Assembly: GCA_963743305.1 (NCBI GenBank)
Contig: CAVUPH010000032.1
Location: 32,001 to 96,000, forward strand
Source: an uncultured delta proteobacterium
GTDB taxonomy: Bacteria; Desulfobacterota; RBG-13-43-22
DNA length: 64,000 nt
Direction: 5' to 3'
Position 1 is the stretch's first letter. Each line of letters begins with the position of its first letter. The translations under genes were made by a program, and so were the position numbers. The notes beneath the pieces are model-generated. The model was not told the origin of the DNA. It was given only the letters and a program-made list of their open reading frames with translations, and made no database searches. Below are positions 1 through 10,520 of the stretch, piece after piece.

Positions 1-1333
1 TCCCCTCCCAGATGAAGTGGGCCATTTCACCAGGTTCCGATTCCAGGTTCCCAATGAGGCCACGTACCCTTTCCCGCTCCTTCGGCGCCACCAATTCATA
101 AACATCCTCCAGGGAAATCAATTCCTCGGGGGTGTAACCGAAGATCTCCCCCAGACGGGGATTGACGAAGGCAAATCGATCCTTCTGAATCAAAAATACG
201 CCCACCAATGATCCCTCGACCAGGGCCCGGTACTTCCCTTCCGACTCGCCCAAAGAATGGAGGCTTTCATTCAGCTTGCCGCTCATTTCCCTGAAATTCC
301 GGCCCAATTCTCCAATTTCATCCGATCGGGTCAGGATGCCTGGGGGTTCCTCCCAAGTTTCCCCTTTGAATTGTCGGATACTGTGGCTGAGGGCCTGAAT
401 AGGCCTTACCAATATGCCCATCCCCCAGATCCCTAACCCGATGGCGGCGATCAGGGCCAGCAACAGGGCCAGGACGACCTCCCGTCGCAAAGACTTCAAA
501 GGGGCTAAAATTTCCCGGGATTCTGTCTGCAGGGCCACGATCCAGTCCACGCCCGCCATTCGATAAAAGGAAATCCAGACCTCATTCTCATCCCGATTGG
601 CGAGGCAAATCGTTCCTGCGCCCTTTTGAGGAAACAGTTCGGGAGAGATTCGATATCCAGACAACCGAGCCTGATTCATGATAATTCCCGGGTCGGGGTG
701 AAAAATCAGTTGCCCCCTCGAATCGTAAATTAATATTTTTCCGGTTTGGCCGATCCGGTTCCCCTTAAAAATGCCGAACATGTTATCCCGCAGCAAATTC
801 ACGGACCCGGCTATCAGGCCAAAAAATTTCCCGTCATAACTCCGGAGGGGAGCAGTAAAGGTGATTACCGGCGCCCCGGTGCGTTTGGAAATATACGTCT
901 TGGAAATGACCGGACGTTTTTCATCCCGGGTCTTTTGAAAATATTCCCGGAAGGAAAAATCCTTTCCCAAGAAATCCATTCCGATCGGGTAGTCCGCCAA
1001 TCCTTGGCCTTGGGCGTTAAGGATAAAAAAACCATTGTCAAAATTAGAATTATGATAAGAAGCGGATTCCAGATAAGACTCGAGCCGGTCGTGTTTCTCT
1101 TCCTTGATCCAGGAAAAATCCAGATGAGCGGCAATATTCAATAGATCGGTTTGGGCGGTGCGAATACCGGCATCGAGACGTTCACCGAGCAGACTGACAA
1201 TTTCTTCCTGCCGCTGTTGGGCCTGCCTCAGCAGGGCCTTTTCCAGAAAATAATAGAAATAGATGACCTGTCCTAAAAAAACAGCGACCAGGAGGATCGA
1301 TAAAAAAAGAGAGGCTTTGGTTCTTAGTTTCAT
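1..1333 (-). CDS. Membrane sensor protein (TM-dCache-TM-HAMP-PAS), 3' end outside window
   Basis: Not in the ORF track because it runs off the left edge. Manual translation from ATG 1333 gives MKLRTKASLFLSILLVAVFLG (TM), DFSFREYFQ..PVISKTYISKRTGAPVITF (dCache-like), RSDEIGELGRNFREM (HAMP) and KYRALVE..FAFVNPRLGEIFGYTPEEL (PAS). Confidence 0.85.
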   Translation of the reverse strand, partial: MKLRTKASLFLSILLVAVFLGQVIYFYYFLEKALLRQAQQRQEEIVSLLGERLDAGIRTAQTDLLNIAAHLDFSWIKEEKHDRLESYLESASYHNSNFDNGFFILNAQGQGLADYPIGMDFLGKDFSFREYFQKTRDEKRPVISKTYISKRTGAPVITFTAPLRSYDGKFFGLIAGSVNLLRDNMFGIFKGNRIGQTGKILIYDSRGQLIFHPDPGIIMNQARLSGYRISPELFPQKGAGTICLANRDENEVWISFYRMAGVDWIVALQTESREILAPLKSLRREVVLALLLALIAAIGLGIWGMGILVRPIQALSHSIRQFKGETWEEPPGILTRSDEIGELGRNFREMSGKLNESLHSLGESEGKYRALVEGSLVGVFLIQKDRFAFVNPRLGEIFGYTPEELISLEDVYELVAPKERERVRGLIGNLESEPGEMAHFIWEG

Positions 1334-1452
1334 TGCATCCTTGGCGGAAGAATCTATTGACTGAACGCCGGCCGGCAGTGGGACCAATCGATAAATTTCT
1401 ATTATGATTCCTGTAACTTGTCAATCTATTTGTTCCCGGGAACCGAAAGGCA

Positions 1453-1481
1453 TTGACAACTCGGAAAGGCTCTTCCATAAT
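1453..1481 (+). promoter_or_regulatory. Sigma-70-type promoter TTGACA-17-CATAAT, likely leaderless transcript
   Basis: TTGACA at 1453-1458, 17 bp spacer, CATAAT at 1476-1481. ATG 1490 lies 8 nt downstream with no Shine-Dalgarno. Confidence 0.65.
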
Positions 1482-1489
1482 TTACCATT

Positions 1490-2701
1490 ATGGCCAATGA
1501 TTTTAGCCACCCCGGCCTTTACCTGCCGGCCTTCGAGATTGAACGTCGCCTGCAAGGATTTCAGGAAACGATGGTTCAGGATGGGTTCGAGGGGGCCCTG
1601 CTATTCCAGAACCTGGATCGCTTTTACTTTTCCGGGACCATGCAGCCGGGGGTGCTTTTTCTCCAACCCCAGGGAGAACCGATCCTTTTTGTCCGAAAGA
1701 ATATCGATCGGGCCCGGGAGGAATCCTCCCTGGAAAGAATTGTGCCCCTGACTTCCCTGCGGGACCTTCCGGCCAGCCTGCTGGAAATGGACATTCCCCT
1801 GCCTCAGTCCCTGGGATTGGAACTGGATATCTTACCGGCCCAGACCTACCTGCAACTTGAAACCCTTTTCCCTGCGGTCCCCCTGCTGGACATCAGCATC
1901 CAGCTCCGTCGTTGCCGGATGATTAAATCCTCCTGGGAGATTGAAAATCTGAGGAAAGCCGGGAAAATGATCGCCGACCTGGTCCAGGCCATGCCCTCCT
2001 TATTAAAACCCCGCCTGACTGAACTGGAATTAGCCGGACGCCTGGAATCTTTCCTACGGCATCGAGGGCATCAGGGCTTCATTCGAACCCGGGGGTTCAA
2101 CCAGGAAGTGTTTTATGGGCATATACTTTCCGGCAAGGAAGGCACCCAGGCTTCCTACATCGATTCCCCTTCCGGTGGCCTGGGAACCGGTCCGGCTTTC
2201 AGCCAGGGGGCGGGATTTAAGGTCCTCCGTCCCCGGGAACCGATCAGTATCGATTACTGCGGCTGCTTTAACGGATATATCGTCGACCAAACCCGCATGT
2301 TTTCCCTGGGAGAACCTTCGGCAGCGGTCCGGGAAGCCTATCAGGCCATGGTGGAAGTCCAGGAATTTATTAAAAAAAGAACTTATCCGGGGATAACCGG
2401 GGAACAAGTCTACCATTGGGCGCTGGAAGCGGCCTCCCAATTGGGATACCGGGACTTTTTTATGGGTTCCGGCGCCGACCGAGCCGCCTACGTGGGGCAC
2501 GGAGTCGGTCTGGAACTGGATGAATTACCTTTGCTGGCCCCCAAATTTAATTGGCCTCTGCTGGAAAATATGGTTTTTGCTTTTGAACCCAAAGTCATTT
2601 TGCCGGAGGTAGGACTGGTCGGGGTTGAGAATACCTTCCTCCTGACCCAACAAGGTCTTGAACCCCTGACTACGGCACCCGAGAACTTCCAAGTCTTATA
2701 A
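1490..2701 (+). CDS. Xaa-Pro peptidase family (M24) protein
   Basis: Creatinase-like N-domain, IKSSWEI linker, metal motifs D..G.FNGYIVDQTR, GHGVGLELDE, EPK, GVEN. Confidence 0.9.
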   Translation: MANDFSHPGLYLPAFEIERRLQGFQETMVQDGFEGALLFQNLDRFYFSGTMQPGVLFLQPQGEPILFVRKNIDRAREESSLERIVPLTSLRDLPASLLEMDIPLPQSLGLELDILPAQTYLQLETLFPAVPLLDISIQLRRCRMIKSSWEIENLRKAGKMIADLVQAMPSLLKPRLTELELAGRLESFLRHRGHQGFIRTRGFNQEVFYGHILSGKEGTQASYIDSPSGGLGTGPAFSQGAGFKVLRPREPISIDYCGCFNGYIVDQTRMFSLGEPSAAVREAYQAMVEVQEFIKKRTYPGITGEQVYHWALEAASQLGYRDFFMGSGADRAAYVGHGVGLELDELPLLAPKFNWPLLENMVFAFEPKVILPEVGLVGVENTFLLTQQGLEPLTTAPENFQVL

Positions 2702-2881
2702 GTGACGCTTCTTCGCCCTTTCGGATAGGCACTTCCCCATATCTGGTAAGGCCGCCTGAGTCTCTTGAAAAGAGTATTCCAAAGGCCAGCCGGACTCCGA
2801 TTCCGGGTTCAAAACACCAACTTTTTTGAATGGCCGATCCAGAACCGGAGGCCTTTGCCGCCTCCCAAAAGGATGGTTTGC

Positions 2882-4627
2882 ATGAATGCCCGTCGAGTTC
2901 GAGATCTGATATTAACGGCCCAGGGTCGAAAAAAGGCCGATGTGGTCATCGAAAACATCCAATTAGTCAATGTGTACTCCCGAGAAATCCAACCCTCGTT
3001 CTCAGTCGGCCTCTCTCAAGACCGCATCGCCTATGTGGGTCCCGAGCCCGACCATCTTAAGGGACCCAAAACACGGGTAGTGCCCGGGGGGGGACAATAC
3101 CTCCTCCCGGGATTTATCGACGCTCATACCCATTTAGACAATATCTTTACCTTAAGGGCCTACTCCCCTTATGCCTTAGCCACGGGAAATACCTCGGCGA
3201 TAACGGAAATGGCCATGGTCGCCAATGTTCTGGGAAAACCCGGAGTGGATTGGTTCATGGAAGAGGCCGGCCGCCAGCCCCTGAGGACATTCTTTTTAGC
3301 CCCGTCCCTGACCCCTCCCTACCCCAAAATAGAAACCAGCCGCGGGTTGTCTCGGGAAGCATTCCGCCGGATCTTGAAAAATCCCTTGGTCCTGGGGGTT
3401 GGAGAGGCCTACTGGCCCCGGGTTACCGGTCTGGATCCCCGGGCCATGTCCGCTTATGCCCTGGCCCACCGCCTGAATAAAACCCGGGAGGGCCACGCCG
3501 CCGGGGCCCGGGAGAAAAACTTGATGGCTTATACGGCCGCCGGCACGAGCTCCTGCCATGAGGCGACAACCCTGGACGAGGCCTTGGAGCGGCTGCGCCT
3601 GGGTCTGGCGGTCATGATTCGGGAAGGATTTGTCCGCCGGGAATTCGAGGCGATCGCCCCGATTGCCCGGCAAGGGGTTGATCTGCACCGGGTGATGATC
3701 GTCTCGGATCTGTTTGACCCGGCCGACCTGGTGCAAGGCCGGGGGATGAATGCCCTGCTGGCCAAGGCCGTGGAATTGGGGGTGGATCCCCTGGTGGCGG
3801 TGCAAATGGTCACCCGAAACGTTGCCGATTATTACGGCCTGCGGGACCTGGGCGGGGTGGCCCCGGGGAAGATAGCCGATCTCGTGCTGGTGGAAGACCT
3901 GCGCGACTTTGAATGCCGCCAAGTGTGGGTGGGGGGCCGACTGGCCGTGGATCGGGGGCGGCCGCTGCTTTCTGCGGACCCCTTTGTCTACCCGCCCGAG
4001 GCCCGCCGATCTTTTGCCCTCTCCCGAATCGAGCCGGGGATATTGGCCTTGCCGGCACCGCAACCGGAAACCACCGTCCGGATAGTCAAAGCCGTGGGCT
4101 TCACCATCACCCGGGAGTCCACCGCCCGATTGCTGAGTCAAAACGGATTCTTGGAGGCGGATCCCCGGCAGGACGTATTGAAAATGGCGGTTTTTCAGCG
4201 GTTTGATGCGCTGCCCCGTCCGGCATTGGGTTTTGCCCAGGGGATCGGTCTGAAAAAAGGGGCGGTGGCCACCAGTCTGGGTTGGGACGCCAATAATCTC
4301 CTGGTGATCGGGGTCAGCGACCGGGAAATGGCCTTGGCGGTGAACCGCCTGTTGGATTTAAACGGCGGCCTGGTGGTGGCCGCCGGGGAGCAGGTGCTGG
4401 CGGAGATGCCGCTGCCGATCATGGGAATAATTTCCGAGGAACCCTTGCCCGTCCTGCAACGGCAGATCCAAGACCTGGAGCAGGCCTTCCGAACATTAGG
4501 GTCCGACCTGGAACGCCCTTTCCTGACCCTGCAAACCTTTTGCTTTACCGGCTTGCCCTTTATCCGGCTGACCGACAAAGGTCTGGCCGATATCCGAGGG
4601 GAAAAGTTGCTAACCCTGTTCCTTTAA
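2882..4627 (+). CDS. ade: Adenine deaminase family protein
   Basis: PGFIDAHTH, EGH, HEATT, IREG and APGKIADLV motifs plus adenine-deaminase C-domain. Start placed at ATG 2882 (MNARR). Confidence 0.8.
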   Translation: MNARRVRDLILTAQGRKKADVVIENIQLVNVYSREIQPSFSVGLSQDRIAYVGPEPDHLKGPKTRVVPGGGQYLLPGFIDAHTHLDNIFTLRAYSPYALATGNTSAITEMAMVANVLGKPGVDWFMEEAGRQPLRTFFLAPSLTPPYPKIETSRGLSREAFRRILKNPLVLGVGEAYWPRVTGLDPRAMSAYALAHRLNKTREGHAAGAREKNLMAYTAAGTSSCHEATTLDEALERLRLGLAVMIREGFVRREFEAIAPIARQGVDLHRVMIVSDLFDPADLVQGRGMNALLAKAVELGVDPLVAVQMVTRNVADYYGLRDLGGVAPGKIADLVLVEDLRDFECRQVWVGGRLAVDRGRPLLSADPFVYPPEARRSFALSRIEPGILALPAPQPETTVRIVKAVGFTITRESTARLLSQNGFLEADPRQDVLKMAVFQRFDALPRPALGFAQGIGLKKGAVATSLGWDANNLLVIGVSDREMALAVNRLLDLNGGLVVAAGEQVLAEMPLPIMGIISEEPLPVLQRQIQDLEQAFRTLGSDLERPFLTLQTFCFTGLPFIRLTDKGLADIRGEKLLTLFL

Positions 4628-4659
4628 ATCAGAATTTTTTTTGACAGGAGGAAATTACG

Positions 4660-6120
4660 GTGACCGAGTCGTTAGTCTGGGAAAACATCATTCTGGGCCT
4701 GAAGAGGACCACAAAAGATTTTCTCGAAACCGTATTAGAGAACTTGAGCGAATCCATCATAGTGACTGATCTGGAGGGAAAGATTGTCTATTTCAATAAA
4801 GGCTCAGAGAAGATATTCGGGTACCCGCCGGAAGAGATTCTGGGTAGACCTATCATCACCCTAGGGGTAAAGAAACCGAATGTCCTGGAGGAGATACGGA
4901 AGGGGAAGACATTTCGGGGTGAACTGGTCCACACCAGAAAGGGTGGCGAACGCTGCCCAACCTATGTGATCTGTATACCGCTTAAAGACGAACATGAAAG
5001 ACCGATAGCCATGGTGGGTTCCGCCAGAGACCTAACGGAAGAAAAAGAGATAAACCGGTTGAGGGCGTTTAATGAGATGGTCGTTACTTCTTTAAATGAT
5101 GGGATCCAGATAATAGATAAGAGCGGCCAGATCACTTTTATCAACCACAGGTTTGAAGAAATTATCGGGGCGCGGAGAGAGGAGATCATCGGTCGGCATT
5201 ATCAAAGTTTTGTGGCCAAAGAAGTTTTGGATAAATTCATAAAGGAAATGGAAGCCTGGGATCCGCAAACGGGGAAGAAAGTATTAGAGACCACCTACGT
5301 GACAAAAGACCAGACCAGGATACCGGTCTTGGTGAGTACCTCCTATTTACAAAATGACAAAGAGTACGATGGCATGATCAGCGCGGTCACGGATATCACG
5401 GAGATAAAAATCCTTAAAGAAGAGCTTTTCCAGTCGGAAAAGATGACGCTGCTGGGAAAACTGGCCGGAGAGATAGCCCATGAGATCAATAACCCGCTGA
5501 GTGGACTTATCATTGCTACCCAAATGCTGATAGAGGATAGCCAGGCGGGACCCATAGACCGCCAAGGGCTGCTGAAAGAGTTGATGGGGATTGAGGATGA
5601 CGCCCGGCGCTGTAAGAAGTTCATCGAAAAGGTCCTCGGTTTCTCTCGGATGATACCGGAAGAAAAAAAGATATTGAATCTCAATGACACTATTGAGGAT
5701 GCACTCCTTTTGGTCCAGCGCCAGGCGAAATTCGACAATGTGTCCGTCGTCAAGGTATTCTCCACTGCGGACCTCTTGATCTGGGGCAACTCCAACAACC
5801 TCCAGCAAGTCATTATCAATCTGGTGAATAACGCCCGAGAAGCGCTTTCTCCCTTGGGAGGAACGGTGACGATCAAGACCTCGGCCCTCATCGAGAAACG
5901 TAAAAAGTGGGCCTCGATAGAGATCAATGACACCGGCAAAGGCATTCCCGAGGCGGTGCTGGCCAAGATATTCGATTCATTTTTCACCACCAAAAAGAAA
6001 GGTACCGGATTAGGGCTATCAGTCAGCAAGCGGATTATCGAGGAGCACGGGGGGACCATCACGGCGTCCAACTTGAAGGAGGGCTGGACTTCCTTTGTCG
6101 TTACCCTGCCGGGCAAGTAG
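4660..6120 (+). CDS. Double-PAS sensor histidine kinase (NtrB/AtoS-like)
   Basis: Two PAS domains, H-box AHEINNPL, N-box NLVNNA, G-boxes DTGKGI and GTGLGL. GGAGG RBS upstream. Confidence 0.92.
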   Translation: MTESLVWENIILGLKRTTKDFLETVLENLSESIIVTDLEGKIVYFNKGSEKIFGYPPEEILGRPIITLGVKKPNVLEEIRKGKTFRGELVHTRKGGERCPTYVICIPLKDEHERPIAMVGSARDLTEEKEINRLRAFNEMVVTSLNDGIQIIDKSGQITFINHRFEEIIGARREEIIGRHYQSFVAKEVLDKFIKEMEAWDPQTGKKVLETTYVTKDQTRIPVLVSTSYLQNDKEYDGMISAVTDITEIKILKEELFQSEKMTLLGKLAGEIAHEINNPLSGLIIATQMLIEDSQAGPIDRQGLLKELMGIEDDARRCKKFIEKVLGFSRMIPEEKKILNLNDTIEDALLLVQRQAKFDNVSVVKVFSTADLLIWGNSNNLQQVIINLVNNAREALSPLGGTVTIKTSALIEKRKKWASIEINDTGKGIPEAVLAKIFDSFFTTKKKGTGLGLSVSKRIIEEHGGTITASNLKEGWTSFVVTLPGK

Positions 6121-6149
6121 CCACAGAGGATTAAGAGACCGAGGGGACC

Positions 6150-7550
6150 ATGATGAACGAAAAGTTCGAAGTGCTCATTGTTGACGACGACCCGAGCATA
6201 CGGAAAAGATGTGTTCAACTGCTCCACAAAAAAGGCTACCAAGTGGAAGGTATCAGCAGCGGTGATGTGGCCCTGCGCATTGTCAAGAGCCGTTACATCG
6301 GCCTGGTTGTGGCGGATATCCGCATGCCGGGACTTAATGGCCTAGAGCTGCTGGAAAAGATAAAAGGAATAAACCCAAGCACGGAAGTAATCATGATAAC
6401 GGGCTATGGGACCGTGGAAAGCGCAGTAAAAGCCATTAAGCTGGGGGCCTACGATTACCTCACCAAACCCTTCGACATGGACAAACTGCTCAAGGTGGTC
6501 GAAAACGTATCGACCAAATTCTCACTCAGCGAAGAGGTTCGCGTCCTCAGACAGCGACTCAATACGTATGCGGACACACCAAGCATCGTCAGTGCCAGCA
6601 ATCAGATGCATCGGATATTTAATCTCATCGAGAAGGTGGCGCCGATAGATTGCAATGTCCTCATCCAAGGTGAAAGCGGGACAGGCAAAGGTCTCATAGC
6701 CCAAGAGATCCACCGGAGGAGCCCGCGGGGCCTACAACAGTTTGTCATTGTGGATTGTGCCTCCCTGAGCGAAACCCTGCTGGAAAGTGAATTGTTCGGT
6801 TATGTGAAAGGAGCATTTACCGGTGCCTATGCCGATAAGGATGGCTACTTTAAAGTCGCCAACAGGGGGACTATATTTCTGGATGAGGTGGGGGAACTTT
6901 CAATGGCCCTCCAGGGCAAGCTGCTTCGAATCTCGCAAGACCATGAAATGATTCCAGTAGGAGGCACCAAACCGATTAAGATCAATGCCCGGATACTAGC
7001 CGCCACCAATAAAGATCTGGAGGGGTTGGTCCGAGCGGGTCTTTTTAGAGAGGATCTTTTCTTCCGTTTGAACGTGGTCAGGATCGACGTGCCTCCTCTT
7101 AGAAACAGGCAGGAAGATATACCTCTTCTGGCGCATTTCTTTCTTGAGAAATTCAAGACCCGGTTTCAGAAAACGAACTTGACACTGGATCAACAGGTCC
7201 TGGCTTTGATTCAATCCTACGAGTGGCCGGGAAATGTGCGCGAACTGGAGAATTTGATGCAGCACCTGGTCGTGGTGTCCGAGGACGCTATTATCAGCCC
7301 TGAATCCCTGCCCAAAAAAATGCAAAATGTTTTGGCAATTGAATTGAAAAAGGACCAGTCTTTTTTGGAAACGGATTTTACCAGTGCCAGAAAGATGTAT
7401 CTAGATCAATTCACTCGAAATTACCTTGTCCAAGGCCTCCGAAATAACCAAGGAAACATTTCAACTACCGCCAAACAGATAAATATCCCTCGATCGTCTC
7501 TCCAGAGAATGATCAAACGATTAGCGATAACCAAGACGGAGCTAATATAA
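6150..7550 (+). CDS. Sigma-54-dependent response regulator (NtrC family)
   Basis: REC domain, GESGTGK Walker A, ESELFG..GAFTGA, WPGNVREL, C-terminal Fis-type HTH. Confidence 0.95.
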   Translation: MMNEKFEVLIVDDDPSIRKRCVQLLHKKGYQVEGISSGDVALRIVKSRYIGLVVADIRMPGLNGLELLEKIKGINPSTEVIMITGYGTVESAVKAIKLGAYDYLTKPFDMDKLLKVVENVSTKFSLSEEVRVLRQRLNTYADTPSIVSASNQMHRIFNLIEKVAPIDCNVLIQGESGTGKGLIAQEIHRRSPRGLQQFVIVDCASLSETLLESELFGYVKGAFTGAYADKDGYFKVANRGTIFLDEVGELSMALQGKLLRISQDHEMIPVGGTKPIKINARILAATNKDLEGLVRAGLFREDLFFRLNVVRIDVPPLRNRQEDIPLLAHFFLEKFKTRFQKTNLTLDQQVLALIQSYEWPGNVRELENLMQHLVVVSEDAIISPESLPKKMQNVLAIELKKDQSFLETDFTSARKMYLDQFTRNYLVQGLRNNQGNISTTAKQINIPRSSLQRMIKRLAITKTELI

Positions 7551-7568
7551 TCGCCCTTTTAGGCGGCC

Positions 7569-7721
7569 TGCTTCCCTATAGAAGCATCTGGACATCGAGG
7601 GGATATGAAAGAAATTCCTGTCGATAAGTAATTTTTATCATTTAATTTCAATTAGATAAAACATTTCCCTCCAGATATTTCTATTTATCCCTCTATTTTG
7701 AATTGCTTCCGCGAGGTAGCA
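7569..7721. promoter_or_regulatory. Two palindromic candidate upstream activator sites
   Basis: TGCTTC-cctata-GAAGCA at 7569-7586 and TGCTTC-cgcgag-GTAGCA at 7704-7721, separated by AT-rich DNA, upstream of a sigma-54 site. Confidence 0.55.
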
Positions 7722-7786
7722 TCCGGAAACTGCCTACTAAATAGCTATTACGTTTAATAACAATAGGTTATGATAATAGAGCCGTT

Positions 7787-7803
7787 TTGGTAGGCTTTTT
7801 GCT
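7787..7803 (+). promoter_or_regulatory. Sigma-54 (-24/-12) promoter of the hcr-like operon
   Basis: TTGG-taggcttttt-GCT gives exact GG-N10-GC spacing, about 90 bp upstream of ATG 7891 and next to a sigma-54 activator gene. Confidence 0.7.
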
Positions 7804-7890
7804 ATACCACAATCCAACTACAAAATAGATACCTGCGGGCACACGCCCGTGTTCCTCAGCGTCCATGTTTGATAGCATAGGAGCTTCAAT

Positions 7891-8892
7891 ATGAGATTGC
7901 CTAATTTCGATTACCGTGAACCTGCAACACTTGAAGAAGTCTTCTCCATCATGGAGGAATCTCAAGGAGACGTACGGGTGTTGGCCGGTGGGACTGACCT
8001 TATACCGCTCATGAAATACGGCCTCGATGTTCCCTCGATGATCGTCAGTCTTAAAAACGTGACTGCCTTGAAGGGGATCATTCCCCAGGGTAAGGAGGTT
8101 TTTATTGGGGCCATGACGTCCTTAGCAGACCTAGGATCTTCTTCGATCATCCAGGACAATTTTCTGGCCTTGCATCAGGCGGTCGAAGCCGTGGCTGCGC
8201 CACCTATACGGAATGTGGCTACTATAGGCGGCAACCTCTGCCAGAACAGCCGTTGCCTCTATTATAACCAGTCGAGGGCCTGGCGTCTCGAAAAGCCTTC
8301 CTGCCTTAAGGCCGGCGGGAACATCTGCCATGCCGTTCCCCAGGGGAAAAAGTGCTTCAGTGTCTATGCCGGAGATCTGGCGCCGGCCTTGATCGCCTTG
8401 GGAAGCAACGTATCCGTCCAGAAAAAGAGTCGGTCCAGGATCACCCCGCTCATGGATATTTTCAGCGGCCAAGGGCTGGCGCCATTTGCTCTGGCCAAGA
8501 ATGAACTGGTCACCGGGGTGATCCTTCCGTTGCCCGGAAAAGGGGCTGGCTCCAGTTACGCGAAAATGCGGGTAAGATCCGCCGTGGATTATCCCCTGCT
8601 CTCCGCTGCCGCTTCGGTGACGCTCGGTGAGGGGAGGAAAATTAAAGAAATCGCTCTCATCCTCGGCGCGGTCGGTCCGACCCCTATCGTCGTCCAAACC
8701 GATCATCTCTTCGCGGCCGGCACGACCGAATTGGTCGACCCTAAGGCCTTAAGTGAGCTTTTACGCCCAGGGACGCAGATGGTGGATAATCTGGCCCTCC
8801 CCGGATCCTATAGAAGAAAAATGTTGCCGGTGGTTGCCCAAAAAGCTATCCAGGGGGCACTCAAGTCAATTGAGAGATGGGAGCATAAATGA
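7891..8892 (+). CDS. Xanthine-dehydrogenase-family FAD subunit with Cys insert, HcrB-like
   Basis: LAGGTDL and IRNVATIGGNLC motifs. Insert RCLYYNQS..W....SCLKAGGNICH......C is typical of the [4Fe-4S]-containing HcrB/PaoB type. Confidence 0.85.
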   Translation: MRLPNFDYREPATLEEVFSIMEESQGDVRVLAGGTDLIPLMKYGLDVPSMIVSLKNVTALKGIIPQGKEVFIGAMTSLADLGSSSIIQDNFLALHQAVEAVAAPPIRNVATIGGNLCQNSRCLYYNQSRAWRLEKPSCLKAGGNICHAVPQGKKCFSVYAGDLAPALIALGSNVSVQKKSRSRITPLMDIFSGQGLAPFALAKNELVTGVILPLPGKGAGSSYAKMRVRSAVDYPLLSAAASVTLGEGRKIKEIALILGAVGPTPIVVQTDHLFAAGTTELVDPKALSELLRPGTQMVDNLALPGSYRRKMLPVVAQKAIQGALKSIERWEHK

Positions 8893-9452
8893 AAAAACCA
8901 GCGAAGCAACTTATTTCGTTAAAAATTAACGGGTACGAGTACGAGGTTGCCGTCCGTCCGAATAGAACTCTTCTCGAAGTCCTGCGAGAAGACCTGAGGC
9001 TAACGGGAACCAAAGAAGGCTGTGACGACGGGTCCTGCGGCACTTGCACCGTGCTGGTGGAAGGGATTCCCCTAAGGTCCTGCCTCTATCTGGCCGTGGA
9101 AGCGAAAGGTAAGGAAATAACCACCATCGAGGGGCTGGCGGAAGGAGAGCAGTTGCACCCGGTCCAGCAGGCCTTCGTCGATCACGGGGCCATCCAGTGC
9201 GGGTATTGTTCTCCGGGCATGATCCTTGCGGCCAAAGCCCTACTTGACCGGAACCCGACCCCGACGGAGCAGGATATTAAGCTGGCCATCTCGGGGAATT
9301 TTTGCCGGTGCACGGGATACAACAAGATCGTCACCGCCATCAAAATAGCCGGGCAAAACGCTGCAGGCGGAGAAATTGCCGGGCGTCAAGGCAGATTGAT
9401 GGACAAGTTTCCAGGGGACAAGGACACATTATCACCGAAGAGCTCCGGGTAG
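8889..9452 (+). CDS. (2Fe-2S) small subunit, HcrC/CoxS-like (C-terminus extended by an hcrA remnant)
   Basis: GCDDGSCGTCTV, SC, QCGYCSPG and NFCRCTGY motifs. Confidence 0.92.
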   Translation: MKKPAKQLISLKINGYEYEVAVRPNRTLLEVLREDLRLTGTKEGCDDGSCGTCTVLVEGIPLRSCLYLAVEAKGKEITTIEGLAEGEQLHPVQQAFVDHGAIQCGYCSPGMILAAKALLDRNPTPTEQDIKLAISGNFCRCTGYNKIVTAIKIAGQNAAGGEIAGRQGRLMDKFPGDKDTLSPKSSG

Positions 9453-9490
9453 AGAACGGGTGCGTCATAAATCCTTCTTTAATGGTCAGG
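9367..9490 (+). pseudogene. Collapsed remnant of a second hcrA-like molybdopterin subunit gene
   Basis: 9367-9392 is identical (26 bp) to 16713-16738 (AEKLPGVK). It is fused to GQIDGQVSRGQGHIITEELRVENGCVINPS, which matches about 18553-18643 of the full gene. Confidence 0.85.
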
Positions 9491-9622
9491 ATTCAAAATT
9501 GCACCTAGGGGAGAGACTCGGCCGCAAACGGCAGGAAAAGCCCAACCGCAAGGGGAGCCTGAGAAGGAAGGCGAAGTGAAACTTCCCGGGCACTATAAAC
9601 CATACCGAGGGGTACAGTCAGA

Positions 9623-10493
9623 ATGTTTTTCCAGCAGCTTGTAAACGGGTTGATGCTGGGCAGTTCCTATGCGTTGATCGCTGTAGGATACTCGTTAATT
9701 TTCGGTGTTATGGGGCTTCTACATTTTGCCCACGGCGAGGTGTTTATGGTGGGGGCTTTCATTGCCTTGCAGATGGTCCTCTTTCTGCATGTTAGCTTAC
9801 CAGTAGCTATGTTAGGCGCCATGACTGCGACAGCCATCCTGGGGATAATTATTGCAGCAATTGGTTTCCTTCCGATTAAGAAAGAGTATGTCGCAGCTCC
9901 GTTAATCGCCACGATTGGTCTCGGTATTATCATGCAAAATCTGGCTGTCAAAATTTTTGGTGGAGACCCGGTCAGTTTCCCTGAAACCATCGCCCTTGTC
10001 AATTATAAGATAGGCGATGTGATTATCAATTCGCTGCAAATCCTAATGCTCTGTGTCACCTTAGCCCTCATGATTCTTTTATCCGTATACATCAAAAATA
10101 CGAAGATGGGAAAGGCCATGAGAGCCTCGGCCGAAAGACCCATCACAGCTAGCCTTCTCGGTGTCAACTATCAAGAAAGTCGTTCTGGTCACCTTTACGA
10201 TAGCTTCGGCCCTGGCGGGTGTTGCTGGCGTTCTCACCGGTTTAGTCTTCGGTACCATATCCCCTTTTATGTCTGGCCCCGCTACACTAAAAGGACTTGT
10301 CGTTATGCTCATGGGTGGCCTTGGGAATCTTGTGGGGGCTGTAGTCTGCGGGATCATCTTAGGTATTCTCGAGATTTTCAGTGTGGCCTATCTTTCGGCT
10401 TCGTACCGAGATAGCCTGACCTTTGTCATATTGATACTGGTTCTTATCTTGAGACCAGAGGGATTGTTTGGGGTCAGGCTTCATGGTCGTTAG
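9623..10493 (+). CDS. Branched-chain amino acid-type ABC permease LivH-like (one frameshift near 10168)
   Basis: QQLVNGLMLGSSYALIAVGYSLIFG..FAHGE. Continues in another frame as IKKVVLVTF..MGGLGN..LRPEGLFG. Confidence 0.85.
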
Positions 10494-10520
10494 CCGAACG
10501 ACGTTAGGAGGCAATAAGCC

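Noticed and set aside
17-1478. Short ORFs listed in the first 1.5 kb
   Set aside because: They overlap the real minus-strand dCache/HAMP/PAS gene (1-1333) or its promoter region and lack motifs.
2702-2881. Purine riboswitch upstream of the adenine deaminase gene
   Set aside because: No recognisable purine aptamer consensus by eye. An Rfam search would be needed to exclude other RNAs.
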